DNA of 64,000 nt from positions 68,820,001-68,884,000 of the forward strand of contig NC_043000.1 in assembly GCF_006345805.1 (NCBI RefSeq), read 5' to 3'. Position numbers and translations under genes: made by a program. Shown in pieces: positions 50,518 to 62,590 of the stretch (the first letter of the stretch is position 1; every line of letters starts with the position of its first letter). The notes below the pieces were generated by a model, which ran no database searches, was not told the origin of the DNA, and saw only the letters and a list, made by a program, of their open reading frames with translations. The stretch is from Octopus sinensis (lineage: Eukaryota).

Positions 50518-50585
<68 letters not shown>

Positions 50586-50591
50586 CATATT

Positions 50592-50635
<44 letters not shown>

Positions 50636-50637
50636 CT

Positions 50638-50674
<37 letters not shown>

Positions 50675-50689
50675 GAGAGAGAGAGATTT

Positions 50690-50840
50690 ATTGATTTCAA
50701 ATTTTGGTACAAGACCATCAATTTTGAGGGAGGGGATAAGTCGATCACATCGACCCCGATGTTTAACTTGTACTTATTTTATCGATCCCGAAAGGATGAA
50801 AGTCAAATGCAACCTCGGCGGTATTTGAACTCAGAATGTA
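50690..50840 (-). mobile_element. Head-truncated tRNA-derived SINE
   Basis: Reverse complement of the 44674 family core (gtacttattttatcga..ccgaaaggatgaaag..cctcggcgg.atttgaactcagaa). Confidence 0.85.
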
Positions 50841-50867
50841 TAGTCGGGAAAAAACCACTTACATAAA

Positions 50868-51645
50868 CAGGGTGCGGTGAATAAACTGTCGTCTAAAACA
50901 CGCAAAAATGAAAATAACATTGCCATCTCATTTTGACAGATATATTTACCAAAATTACATAAAAATATCTTGAAATACTAAAGAAAAAATATATTCAATA
51001 AAATTGCCATTAGCTTCTACCACGGCCTCCAGACGACTTCGGAATCTCCTGCAACACTTTTGGACGGCCTCCTTGTTTGGTGAACCTTGCCATAATCTTT
51101 CCCTTCAGTTCATTTTGGTGCTACAAGGAGTTTTGTTGGTCTCTCGCTCAACTGCACCCCACACATAATAATCAAGGGGGTTGCAGTCTGTCCAGATGTT
51201 AGGGAAGACGTGGTCGGAGAAACTGTCTGACAGCCATGACTGGGTCCTCCTGTTTGTGTGGCATGGTACCGAGTCCTGTTGCTAGATATAGGGTCTTCCA
51301 GCAGCCATCTTCTTAACCAAGGGCAGCTCTACCTCCTCCAGCTACTTGATGTAGGTCTCCGTGGTGAGTGTGAGGTCGTGTGGGAAGATGAATGGAGGCA
51401 TAACATCGCTATCACTAGTGATCACTCCAAATATCATGATGTTGACTAGATGTTTGGTTTTTATCACTCTCGGTGCATATCCTCAGATTCCATTGTCATC
51501 AGATTGACACTCAAACACTTTGAAATGTTCGTATTGGAGCTTTCGGCGCGAATGCCAAGCAGTACAGCATGTCTTTTCCAAATTTCTGGCAGAGTGAATT
51601 GCGTCATGGTGCTGTTTTTATCACTGACGGTGCTCAGCTGACCCT
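50868..51645 (-). mobile_element. Internally deleted Tc1/mariner (maT/DD37D-like) transposon
   Basis: Minus-strand remnants KHLVNIMIFGVITSDSDVMPPFIFP, GRPYIxQQDSVPCH and NPLDYYVWGAVERETN resemble maT transposases. TIR-like CAGGGTGCGGTGAATAAACTGTC at 50868; the other end is degenerate. Confidence 0.75.
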
Positions 51646-51695
51646 ACTATACAGTGTAGTCGTCAAAATTAAAAACAAACAATGCGTATGCGCAA

Positions 51696-51774
<79 letters not shown>

Positions 51775-51803
51775 ATATATATATATATATGTGTGTGTGT
51801 GTG

Positions 51804-51834
<31 letters not shown>

Positions 51835-51910
51835 CTAGTAGCTCGGTTTGGCCGCCATTAACCGTCAAAGCAAAATGTGCATACAATTTTCGCCCAAGGA
51901 CTGTTTTATA

Positions 51911-51966
<56 letters not shown>

Positions 51967-52039
51967 CAAAACTGGGAGGAAGGGAAGTGGGACGAAACGA
52001 CGAATCGAATCGACCCTGACGCGAACGCGCTGTCAGACA

Positions 52040-53151
52040 ATAATGTAATAAATAAAATATATGCATGCATACAAACATATATGTACGTACCTACATCTAC
52101 ATGTTATATACAGGCATATATAAATATATATACGTGAGTACAGGACACTGCAACTAGACGTAGAACTCAACGAAAAACGAAAACGGACAAGCCATATTTT
52201 TTCAACAAAAAAACAGAGACGAAACGGAAACGGGAAAAACATCATTTTTTACAACAGAAAAACAAGGTACAGGACAAACCACACAGGAAAAATCCCCAGT
52301 TCATCAGCTGTCTCTAGCTAACTCAAGCGTGTTTCGAAGGATAAAACAGGACACGACACGTCAACTAGTCCTTCATTGCGAGAGAATTAAAATAAAATTG
52401 CCTCGCATAGGGGCAAAAACAGACAAGATAAACATGTGACAAAAACACGTCCATTCAGCTTGAAAGCAAGAGGCGAAAGGAAGTGACCAGGAGTGGCGAA
52501 GATGAGGAAGAGAGAGGGAGAGAGAGAGAGATAGAAGAAGAGAAGCGGCAAGAGAGAGAAGGGGAAAGAGTGAGCAAGAGAGAGGGCGGGGAAGGCAAAG
52601 CAAAGGGAGAGTCGTTTTGTTTTTCTCGTTTGTTTTCTTGTCTTTTGATTTCTCGTATTGTATTTTCTTTTTCTTTCTCGTCTTGTATTTTCTTGTACGT
52701 GTATTTTTATCTTGTATTTTATTTTGCATTTGTATCGTTTTTACGTCCTGTTTTTGTCACATGTTTTTCTTGTCTGTTTTTGCCCCTATGCGAGGCAATT
52801 TTATTTTAATTCTCTCGCAATGAAGGACTAGTTGACGAGTCGTCTCCTGTTTTATCCTTCGAAACACGCTTGAGTTAGCTAGAGACAGCTGATGAACTGG
52901 GAATTTTTCCTGTGTGGTTTGTCCTGTACCTTGTTTTCTGTTGTAAAAAATGATGTTTTTCCCGTTTCCGTTTCGTCTCTGTTTTTTTTTTGTTGAAAAA
53001 ATATGACTTGTCCGTTTTCGTTTTTTGTTGAGTTCTACGTCTAGTTGCAGTGTCCTGTACTCACGTATATATATTTATATATACATGTATATATACATGT
53101 AGATGTAGGTACGTACATATATGTTTGTATGCATGCATATATTTTATTTAT

Positions 53152-53159
<8 letters not shown>
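52040..53159. repeat. ~408-bp high-identity inverted repeat pair with 301-bp spacer (PLE-like non-autonomous element)
   Basis: Arm 52040-52447 is the near-exact reverse complement of 52749-53159. It is flanked by (TA)n/(TG)n tracts. Confidence 0.92.
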
Positions 53160-53239
<80 letters not shown>

Positions 53240-54117
53240 CTGTGTGTGTGTATAATGTTTTGTATATATGTATATATATATATAATTTTATGTATATTAT
53301 ATATATATATATATACATATATAATGTTATTAATTGTTTCGTATATATATATACAATCTTATTGTTTTGTATACATACGCGCGCGCGCGTACACACACAC
53401 ACACACACACACACACATATTGCTACATAATAATTATAGACAGATATGGTAGAAACAGTTTACATTCCTTCGCGTCGTTTTCTCTAGTGACGTAAGCACT
53501 TGACTGATCAACATTGTACAATAAACTCTTTGCTGAACTCCCCTCCGTTAACAGTAGCTTATAAGCGTGCAACACAATCTGAACGGGTGATCTACGGGCA
53601 AATAGTTCAACTCATTAGTCTTTCAAGCAAGAAGCATCTTCTTGGTATAGAAATTTTAATTAGAAAAATAATATTTTGTTATCAGAAAGATTAATTTTTG
53701 TCGAGATCCAGTTTGTTCAGTGCCCTGCAAGTTCATGAAAATGTCAAATGTCTGTTTTGAGCACTGGAGTTCGAAAGGTTATCCAAATACTCCTCAGTGA
53801 ATTCAACATTTTGTGTTATGATAGCATATGCACAGTATACCCACTACTGTGCAGCTGCAGCTAAACGATTATGATATTATTTTCTCAATATGATCGCATG
53901 CAAAGATAAGAACAATTTAGTTGATGCTATTGAAGAGTAATCAACATGTGGTCAGTGACTCACTGGAATATTTTTACCACTATTGGCTTCAACCCAACAC
54001 TTTTGGGGAACAGAGCAGAACTTGTAATAAGAAGATATGTAAATGGTGGGTCATGGTGACATTTAGAAATACAACATTTAAGAAACGAACGGTATAAATA
54101 TTTCATACATGTTTACC

Positions 54118-54157
<40 letters not shown>

Positions 54158-54171
54158 ATGTGTGTGTGTGC

Positions 54172-54225
<54 letters not shown>

Positions 54226-55881
54226 CGGTTAAGATTTATTGCAACGGCATGTTGTAAGATGTGAAAGATGAAAGAAGTGATCGAAGTTGTAAAGAAATAT
54301 TTATTTACCGTTACTTTGTATAATGTCATGCCTCGACGGGCAGGTGTAATATAATTGAAAGAGCATGCTAGGTTAAGAAAGTTAATTTCGGCCTGTATAC
54401 GTGTGTAGTATATAAAGAGAGATATGCTAATTTTACAGAGAAAAGAAAGTGAGTTAGTGAAAGTGAGAGTGGTGGGACGAAACAACTGATTCGTTGGTGA
54501 GTTACCATAGTTGTCCCTTTGTGCCTTTTCTTTAGAGACGGCGTTTTGTTCAGCCGGTCACCCAGACTCGATTCTCACTAATTGACTTTGGCTTACGGAG
54601 TTCTTGTTTTTATAACTATCCAAAATCAGCCAGAAAGATAGACATATTGTTGAGAACAATAGATTTCGTTGGCGGTCTATTATCTCTATTCTAAATTTTG
54701 GTGGCCTAGAAGAGGCTAGAAGGGTCAAGTGACAAAGACATTATTCTGCTTAGCGAAGGCATCTGGCAAATGCAACTGCTGTCACTCACAGAAAAACTAT
54801 TGTTTTACAATGAGAAAAGTGCTTTTGAACTGTTAAGTGAAATTTGGTTATCGAGGATCGAATCCACGCCATGCCTGCATGAACCACTACATCCAGAGAG
54901 GTTCCGAGAAAAGGAAGCGAACATCGAGGAAGAGAAGGAAATGCATGACTGAGGAAAAATTTTGCGTATAAGGAGAGAGGATCATTGAAGTGTATACGAG
55001 ACAGATATTTATTCAAGTGAGTTTGAATAGCAGTGTCACTTTGCTTGCCAGAATGTGCAGTCAGTAACTGGGCCGTACGGAAAATGAGTTAGCGCGTGAG
55101 TGTGCGTGAGGGCGTATACACGAGTGCAGGTGCACGTATCAAAATTCACTGTAAAATGAGCGAGTGAGTGTATTCTCAATCCATGATATTAAAGATCTTC
55201 CTGCAGGATTGCAGTGTGTGAAATGCCTTGAAAGTTTTTCAGAAGTGAAATGTTTCTGGTGCTGTTGTCGTGGTTAATTACTGAGGTTAGCAAGGACGAC
55301 AGTGTAGCATGCTGGAGTGATGCGCGAGACAGGTAATTTTCTCCATTCATTACGTGACCAAACAGGAGTCTAACAGAGGTAAATTATGTCTAAACATTAT
55401 CGCAGAGCATGTGAACATCCGACGTGCATCCAGTCGGAAAAGAGCTGAGCTGAACTGGCACAGACGTATTGAAAAACAAGGCAGTAGAGGCCTAATAGAG
55501 CTACGTGTGTGTGTGTGCATAAGGGCATATAGCTGAGGCAGTATGCTAGTGCAGTGATTACAAATACAGTGTACAGTATTGAATATGCCAGTGATTAATG
55601 CAGGGCTGAATATACCAGCCGGTGAATGAGGTATCAAATGCTTTGAACATGCAAGAGCAAAAGTTTGGCATGATGACGCGTTGTAAGGGACAAACAACTT
55701 TATGTATACGTGACCGACTTAGGGTCTTACAGAGACGAGTTGTGTCTATAAGGGCGTAAAAAACAAGCGAGAAAGGCACGTGTGGTGCATGAATGTGACA
55801 GTGTTATCATGTGAATGTGTATGAACAATGTGTGCAGACGCATGCACAAGGCCAGGCGCTGAGGAAAGGTGCATGCATGTA

Positions 55882-56258
55882 TACTCTTTTTTACTCTTTT
55901 ACTTGTTTCAGTCATTTGACTGCGGCCATGCTGGAGCACCACCTTTAATCGAGCAACTCGACCCCGGGACTTATTCTTTTGTAAGCCCAGTACTTATTCT
56001 ATCGGTCTCTTTTGCCGAACCGCTAAGTAACGGGGACGTAAACACACCATAGGGGGACAAACACAGACACACAAATACACACATGCATATATATATATAT
56101 ACATATATACGACAGGCTTCTTTCAGTTTCCGTCTACCAAATCCACTCACAAGGCTTTGGTTGGCCCGAGGCTATAGTAGAAGACACTTGCCCAAGGTGC
56201 CACGCAGTGGGACTGAACCCGGAACCATGTGGTTGGTAAACAAGCTACTTACCACACG
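55882..56258 (-). mobile_element. Near-complete CORE-type tRNA-derived SINE
   Basis: Minus strand: tRNA-like head with GGTTCAGTCC B-box, CORE-like GGCACCTTGGGCAAGTGTCTT and 3' tail AAAAGAGTA repeats. Confidence 0.88.
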
Positions 56259-56384
56259 TAACAATACAAACATTTTCAAAGTGAACGAAAAAAGTACATG
56301 CAAAATATGAATAATAATATAAAACATTCAAAAAGATATGCTCATAAATTTAGTTGTTTTAATGAAACGACTTGTCGCTGAATG

Positions 56385-56448
56385 TGTGCATCACGGAATA
56401 TGTGTATCGCGGAATATGTATATCACGGTATATGTGCATCGCGGAATA
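56385..56448 (+). repeat. 16-bp minisatellite x4
   Basis: TGTGCATCACGGAATA / TGTGTATCGCGGAATA / TGTATATCACGGTATA / TGTGCATCGCGGAATA. Confidence 0.9.
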
Positions 56449-57504
56449 GTTCAAACAGAACAAAATAAAATAAGCAAAAATGACAAACTTAGCTAAAAAT
56501 AGTGTCCTTTCTTAAAAGTCTATTGCTGAAAGTGATAAAAAAATGTGCACGCAGACAAAAAAAGTTGCTGAGAGTCTATATGAGGATCTTATATAAGTGC
56601 AAAAGTTCGTAGACAATGTAGGTCTGTACGTTGGGACGAGACGAAAAGCGTGTGTGTGCCGAAAAGGTTGCATGTGCGGGCTTCCGTATTTTCTTCCAGT
56701 TGGTTTCTGGGGCTGTAGCCGTCGAAAGGATACATTTATTGGCTTCCATGGTGAGAGAATTCTTTGTGCATCGGCAGTGTTGCATTGTTGCATTGTTGTG
56801 AAGTGGATCGTAGATTGCATCGCAGTATAGTGCTTTCTGTTATGCGTACTGTAACAAGTGGAATGAGGCTGCATCCTTGTGGTGACAAAGGTTGTCCATT
56901 CTTTTCCTCTGGTTTAGCGACTGTTGATATGAGCCAGCAAAACGCAGCGGCATGTAGCAATCAGAAAGTGGCAATTGTTTTTGAACGAGGCCACCAGTGT
57001 AATCGATGGATGTAACAACTGTATATGCGAAGGCGAAGGCTGCAATTCTTTAATTTGGGGTCACCAATTTGTAACGGTCAGTTCTTCGTTGCAGCCAAAG
57101 GTCACGAACATACACATACAGTACATACACAAAATCACATACATACATATACATATCGCTGACTGGTAGAAGAGAGTAGAGAGAATATGTGGGTGAGTTG
57201 GACTTTCAAAAGTCGCTAAAAATGGATAAAACAATAAAATGTACGAATCGTAAAAGAAATACATAAACATAAGCGAGTAGTAAAAACATACAAAATAAAG
57301 GATTTATGGGAATTTGTGCATGTATGTCTGTCAGTCTGTATGTATGTATGTATGTTTGGATGGATGGATGGATGGATGGATGGATGTCATTGTTCTGTTT
57401 TTTTTCAAAATTTCTTGCCAATAAAGAAAGAGCTGGTTTCTAACCTAGATTCGAGGCTCCATTCGAATTTCAACATCAACAGGGTATTATTGTTTGTATG
57501 CATA

Positions 57505-57585
57505 TATGTGTGTATGTATGTAATTTATGTATGTATGTATGTATGTATGTATGTATGTATGTATGTATGTATGTATGTATGTATG
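57505..57585. repeat. (TATG)n microsatellite
   Basis: Direct reading. Confidence 0.95.
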
Positions 57586-57599
57586 TGTGTAGATTTGCA

Positions 57600-58650
57600 T
57601 GTTTTGCTTTATGTATTCTCATCCATATAGTTGCATATCTAGACATGCCCATATATATTCAAATTATAAATTTCTGGAAAGTTTTACAGATTTTTACAGT
57701 TCCAGTGATGGATTGGATCTGTAGTCTTCAAATTGGCTTTCTCCTTTCTGGTTTTGAGAAACCTAATTGATATTTAGGCAGTGTGTTACATATGCCAGGG
57801 CCCCAATAATTACAGGTATAAACCTGAATTTGTAATATGGATAGGGTAACTTCAGATTTCTTATTAGTTCAGCGTAGGTATTCTCTTTTTCACTGATCTT
57901 CAGCTTTATGTTTAACATCTCCGCTGGGCAGCTAATTTCCGCAACTGTGCACAGTTTCTCTTCTCTATCCCAAATCGTTATATCAAGTATGTTGTGCTTA
58001 CATTTTATTGAGGTTTTCACTGGGACATTCCACCAGTACTCTTTTTTATTATGAGTGGCTATGGCTTCTACCATACTGTGGGTTCTTATTTCTTTGTCCT
58101 TGGGGTTATCCTTCCGACGGATTTCATTGTAGAGTGTCCTAGCTACAACATCATGTCTCATCGGTAGATGATACCATGATGACATTTTCGTACAACTGCT
58201 TATGATGTGAGTAACATCTTCGGTTTTAACTCCAGAAAGTCTGCATCGGTTATCACATTTTACTGCTTTTCCTGCATCTCTATCCCTTTTGTACATCAGG
58301 TACTTGGTTGATATTTCCTGTTCCTGGATTGCAAACGCATACCCTTCAAAGCGGGAGGTAGTAATCCGGCTATTGTTCCATGGTCCATGATAAACTGCTT
58401 TGATGATCGATGTTACTATCATCACGGAGCTTTCTACTAACATAGCCATGCATAATCTTCTGCTCATATAGGCTCATCCTTGCATCTGATCATACGTTGT
58501 GGTAGAGTTGTGCGACTTGTTTGGGCATGTTATCAGACAAAGAATGGTTATCAGACAAAGAATGTTGCTCAAAGAACTGCCTTCCAAGTCTTATGATGTT
58601 ATCAGCCTCATGTATGCAAACTTGGTCAAGGGATGTACTTCGACACTTGG
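57600..58650 (-). mobile_element. RLE-type non-LTR retrotransposon 3' fragment (R4/NeSL-like): CCHC knuckle plus restriction-like endonuclease
   Basis: ORF 57763-58467: CRL(S)GVKTEDVTHIISSC, RHDVVAR, HNILDITIWD...VAEISCP and K..EK..Y.EL are typical of the RLE-clade C-terminus. Confidence 0.85.
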
Positions 58651-59080
58651 TGGTTAAAGATGTTGTCGACGGGATATGATACGACATATATACGTATGTA
58701 TGTATATATGTATGTATATATGAATGTATGTGTGTGTATGTGTCGTAAATTGATGAACATCTACATAAGACGTGTACGAATACCGAACGATTGCCATAAA
58801 ACTTTGTTTTACGACAGTTGACAGTTCATTTTCATCCGAATATTTTTCTAGAGAGAGAGCGAGAACTCTTGCAGAACAATTTTCTGGACATCGTCCACCC
58901 CTAACAATTCTTATGGCTAGGCTATCGTTGGCTTTTCATCTTTGTTGGATAACGACTTTAAATACCATAGTCTGCTTGCTTCCTGGAATGAAACATTATA
59001 AAACAATCTACTCCTTACTTTCAAGATTGGTCAATTTGAACAAATTGAAATTGAAGCTACAACAGCTTCAGGTTATATAT

Positions 59081-59132
<52 letters not shown>

Positions 59133-59339
59133 TATAATGATAATATGAGGGAATATTATTCCAAACTTACAGGGGAAAATTCAATTCAGAAATACTAAAT
59201 CAAATTTCACATACTGGTTTGCTCAGTTGCTAAATAAAACACAATCGCTTTTTGGAAGGTTGGGCCTCTAATCAGGCCTTTGGTGATACCCTTAAAGCCA
59301 GGAACTTTCCAGCTCCGCTCCCTCGTATGCATGTGTGTG

Positions 59340-59395
<56 letters not shown>

Positions 59396-59402
59396 TATAC
59401 AT

Positions 59403-59435
<33 letters not shown>

Positions 59436-59456
59436 CAGTATATATATATATATATC

Positions 59457-59530
<74 letters not shown>

Positions 59531-59532
59531 AC

Positions 59533-59616
<84 letters not shown>

Positions 59617-59625
59617 TATTTATAT

Positions 59626-59680
<55 letters not shown>

Positions 59681-59765
59681 TATTATATATATATAATAAT
59701 AATATATATATATATAATATATATATATAATATTATATATATATATATAATATATATATTATATG
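59340..59765. repeat. Long imperfect (TA)n tract
   Basis: Direct reading. Similar tracts occur at 59075-59130 and 60205-60577. Confidence 0.95.
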
Positions 59766-60205
59766 TAGAAAAATACAAACAGGGACAAGAACGTAAAACA
59801 TTTAGAAGACGATACAAAAAACACGGACGGGACATTCGAAGCCTTCAATCTTCAGTCAAGAACCGGATCATCCTAGCAATTTCAGCTGATTAATCTTGAG
59901 ATCGCTCCGATCCGGCCAGCCCCAAGGAAAAACTAAGCTATGAGCATTAGATTTCTTGGAAGAAGGATCGAATGTATACGAAACAGGGACAGAAAAACGG
60001 ACGATGCCACACGAATATAAAATACAAAATACAATAATGGTAAAAACAGGACAAAAACAGCGGGTGTCTTACGACTAATAAACAGTACAAGTTTAGCTGG
60101 CGTATTTGGAAAAAGTGCCTTTATCGGCAGACGAAGACAACGACGTTCTCACGGCAGTGGTCGGAGGCCAAAAGGGCTATTTTGACAAGCAGTCACGTGA
60201 GAGAC
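59765..60205. repeat. CpG-rich interspersed repeat embedded in (TA)n (PLE pLTR-like)
   Basis: A-rich strand asymmetry (caaaaaacacggacggg, aaaaacgg) like the 52-53 kb repeat, and inserted in a microsatellite. The family assignment is inferred. Confidence 0.45.
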
Positions 60206-60242
60206 AGTATATATAATATATATACAGTATATATATATATAT

Positions 60243-60331
<89 letters not shown>

Positions 60332-60343
60332 ATATATATACAG

Positions 60344-60374
<31 letters not shown>

Positions 60375-60543
60375 CTGTATATATATAATATATTATATAA
60401 TATATACAGTATATATATATATTATATAATATATACAGTATATATATATATAATAATATTATATATAATATACAGTATATTATATATATATCTATATATA
60501 TACAGTATATATATATATATTATATATATATATATATATAGAT

Positions 60544-60578
<35 letters not shown>

Positions 60579-60815
60579 CCGACATACTTATGGTTAGTAA
60601 ACGAAGTATCGGCTATGATAGAGATGTTAAATGTGGGATGAAAATATTCTATGTAAAGTATTATAGCCATCTCAATATGGCTAACCACAAAGTGGGGTGT
60701 TACTGTAGCTTTTTAGCCCCAGGAGAACATCGTCTCCAACTGGCTTTAGACAATTTCTGCGCCCTTATGGTATTTGCAAAGGGAGGCCATCCCTTTCTCC
60801 TAAGCCTAAGTGATA

Positions 60816-60861
60816 CGCACCGGACAACGGTTTCGAGATTATTGTTTCTTATCAACGGGCG
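60816..60861 (-). ncRNA. Type I hammerhead ribozyme copy A, U3-A8 core
   Basis: CGCCCG-TTGATAA-GAAA(caataa)TCTC-GAAAC-CGTT-GTC-CGGTGCG. There is one mismatch in stem II and a non-palindromic stem III loop. Cleavage is after C60823. Confidence 0.75.
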
Positions 60862-61151
60862 GTAATCACCGGATCACGATGAAAAACAAGGCCTGTTTCT
60901 AGTGACTTCTGCCACTGATTTCGAAAAACTGACTGCAAGCATTATTAAATCTCAGAACGAGATGTAAACAGTAATTGCTCGACAATGTAAAGTATTATAG
61001 CCATCTCAATATGGCTAACCACAAAGGGGGGTGTTACTGTAGCTTTTTAGCCCCAGGAGATCATCGTCTCCAGCTGGCTTTAGGCACACTTTCTGTGCTC
61101 TTATGGTATTTGCAAAGGGAGGCCATCCCTTTCTCCTAAGCCTAAGTGATA

Positions 61152-61197
61152 CGCACCGGACCGCGGTTTCGAGATTATTGTCTCTTATCAACGGGCG
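61152..61197 (-). ncRNA. Type I hammerhead ribozyme copy B, U3-A8 core
   Basis: CGCCCG-TTGATAA-GAGA(caataa)TCTC-GAAAC-CGCG-GTC-CGGTGCG. Stem II is a perfect 4 bp, stem III is the palindrome ACCGCGGT, and stem I is 6 bp with one bulged U. Cleavage is after C61159. Confidence 0.88.
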
Positions 61198-61588
61198 GTA
61201 ATCACCGGATCACGATGAAAGACAAGGCCTGTTTGCAAATATATAACAGTTTTTCTAGTGATTTCTGCCACTGATTTCGAAAAACTAAGAGACAATAATC
61301 TCGAAACCGCGGTCCGGTGCGTATCACTTAGGCTTACGAGAAAGGGATGGCCTCCCTTTGCAAATACCATAAGAGCACAGAAAGTGTGTCTAAAGCCAGC
61401 TGGAGACGATGATCTCCTGGGGCTACAAGCTACAGTAACACCACCCTTTGTGGTTAGCCATATTGAGATGGCTATAATACTTTACGTTGTCGAGCGATTA
61501 CTGTTTACATCTCGTTCTGAGATTTAATAATGAAATATATTCTATTTGAATAGAAGTCCAGTTAGTATAAGTTGAGCGAAAAATAATC

Positions 61589-61589
61589 G

Positions 61590-61641
<52 letters not shown>

Positions 61642-61657
61642 CAGCAGCAGCAGCAGC
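61589..61657. repeat. (TAG)n(CAG)n microsatellite
   Basis: Direct reading. Confidence 0.95.
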
Positions 61658-62240
61658 CGTTCAAGAATTTGGACCTGGAGATCTCCATTTCCACTGACTT
61701 CAAGGGCCACCTCCCAGTGGTGTCGAGCGTCAACGAAGAGCTCTCAACTACAAGATGACCAAAGTTTTTTTTTCCAAGGTCTGTGGTCTCCCGCCCCTAA
61801 GCCCTAGACCATCATCTAATCACCCTTACTTGTCTTGTTGCTTAACAAGAACAACAACAACAACAAAAAAGCAGCAGCAGTAGTAGTAGTAGTTGTTGTT
61901 GTTGGTGGTGTTTAACCTTTAGCATTCAGATTACTCTGTCAAATGTAAAACTTATTTATTCTTGATCATAAGAATTAATCATGCATTATCTCAAAACTTT
62001 GAGAGTTCGATGATATGGTTGTTTATTGAATGACATTGTAGGATACATGTCAGAGGATGGATTTGGCCAGTTTGAACATAAAACAGATACGGCCTGTTTA
62101 AATGCTGAAGAGTTAAGTGAGGTTAGCACCTTTCGAGTAGACTTGTAAGAAAAGGAGTTCCATTTAGTAGATTGCCAGTAGAGACAAAATGCTGTATGTT
62201 TACTGTCATAGTAATGTAAGCTTTTCCATGAAATCTGCAG

Positions 62241-62590
62241 TTAAACGTTGATATAAGTTAACTCTCTGGCCCCAGGAGACAAAGTGGAAAAGGCGTTGCC
62301 CCAGAGGATGGTGAGGTGGATGCGCTGAAACAGCCACTCTGACTCACGGGGTTCACACATGCAGACAGCCATCTCCGCCCCGATAGCAGAAAACAAAGAT
62401 ATAATCCGGGGGCCAAGAATGCCGTAGGTCTTCACTGCCACAGGCTCGACCATAAACCTGTCCGAAAGCGACCGATACTTAGTTTGCTTTTCAAAGCCTG
62501 ACGCGCAGTGGAGCCTGTGCTGGTAACTGCTGGAGAAGGTGTCACAGCATTTGGTATCCCAGATGAGGGGGCCTGCCACCACAGAACGGG
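62241..62590 (-). mobile_element. CRE-clade non-LTR retrotransposon 3' fragment (restriction-like endonuclease)
   Basis: LIWDTKCCDTF...EKQTKY..L...VEPVAVKTYGILGP...ESEWLFQRI.L.ILWGNA matches the CRE RLE pattern LxWDxTCxDT...KxxKY...PxAVETxG...FxRxSxAxQRGNA. Confidence 0.8.

Larger units (their letters stand above)
60651..61532 (-). mobile_element. Retrozyme/PLE-like element: two tandem ~334-356 bp units, each with a hammerhead, plus an inverted partial copy
   Basis: ATGTAAAGTATTATAGCCATCTC at 60651 and 60985; unit ends CCACTGATTTCGAAAAACT at 60930 and 61286. Segment 61286-61532 is the reverse complement of 60940-61187. Confidence 0.9.

Noticed and set aside
52815-52900. TTCGAAAC and CTGATGA motifs in the inverted-repeat arms (also 8075-8150)
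   Set aside because: The order and flanks do not give a closable stem I or stem II (A-C mismatch at stem II base, AGCT hairpin sequesters C3/U4). The alternative core GCAATGA has three changes, so no credible hammerhead.
56500-57100. CpG-rich block with several 70-120 aa ORFs on both strands
   Set aside because: No recognisable domain or splice pattern.
59830-59990. CTGAAGA...GAATGTC (minus) and TGGAAGA...GAAAC (plus) motifs
   Set aside because: There is no GAAA with a valid stem II in the first and a broken core in the second.
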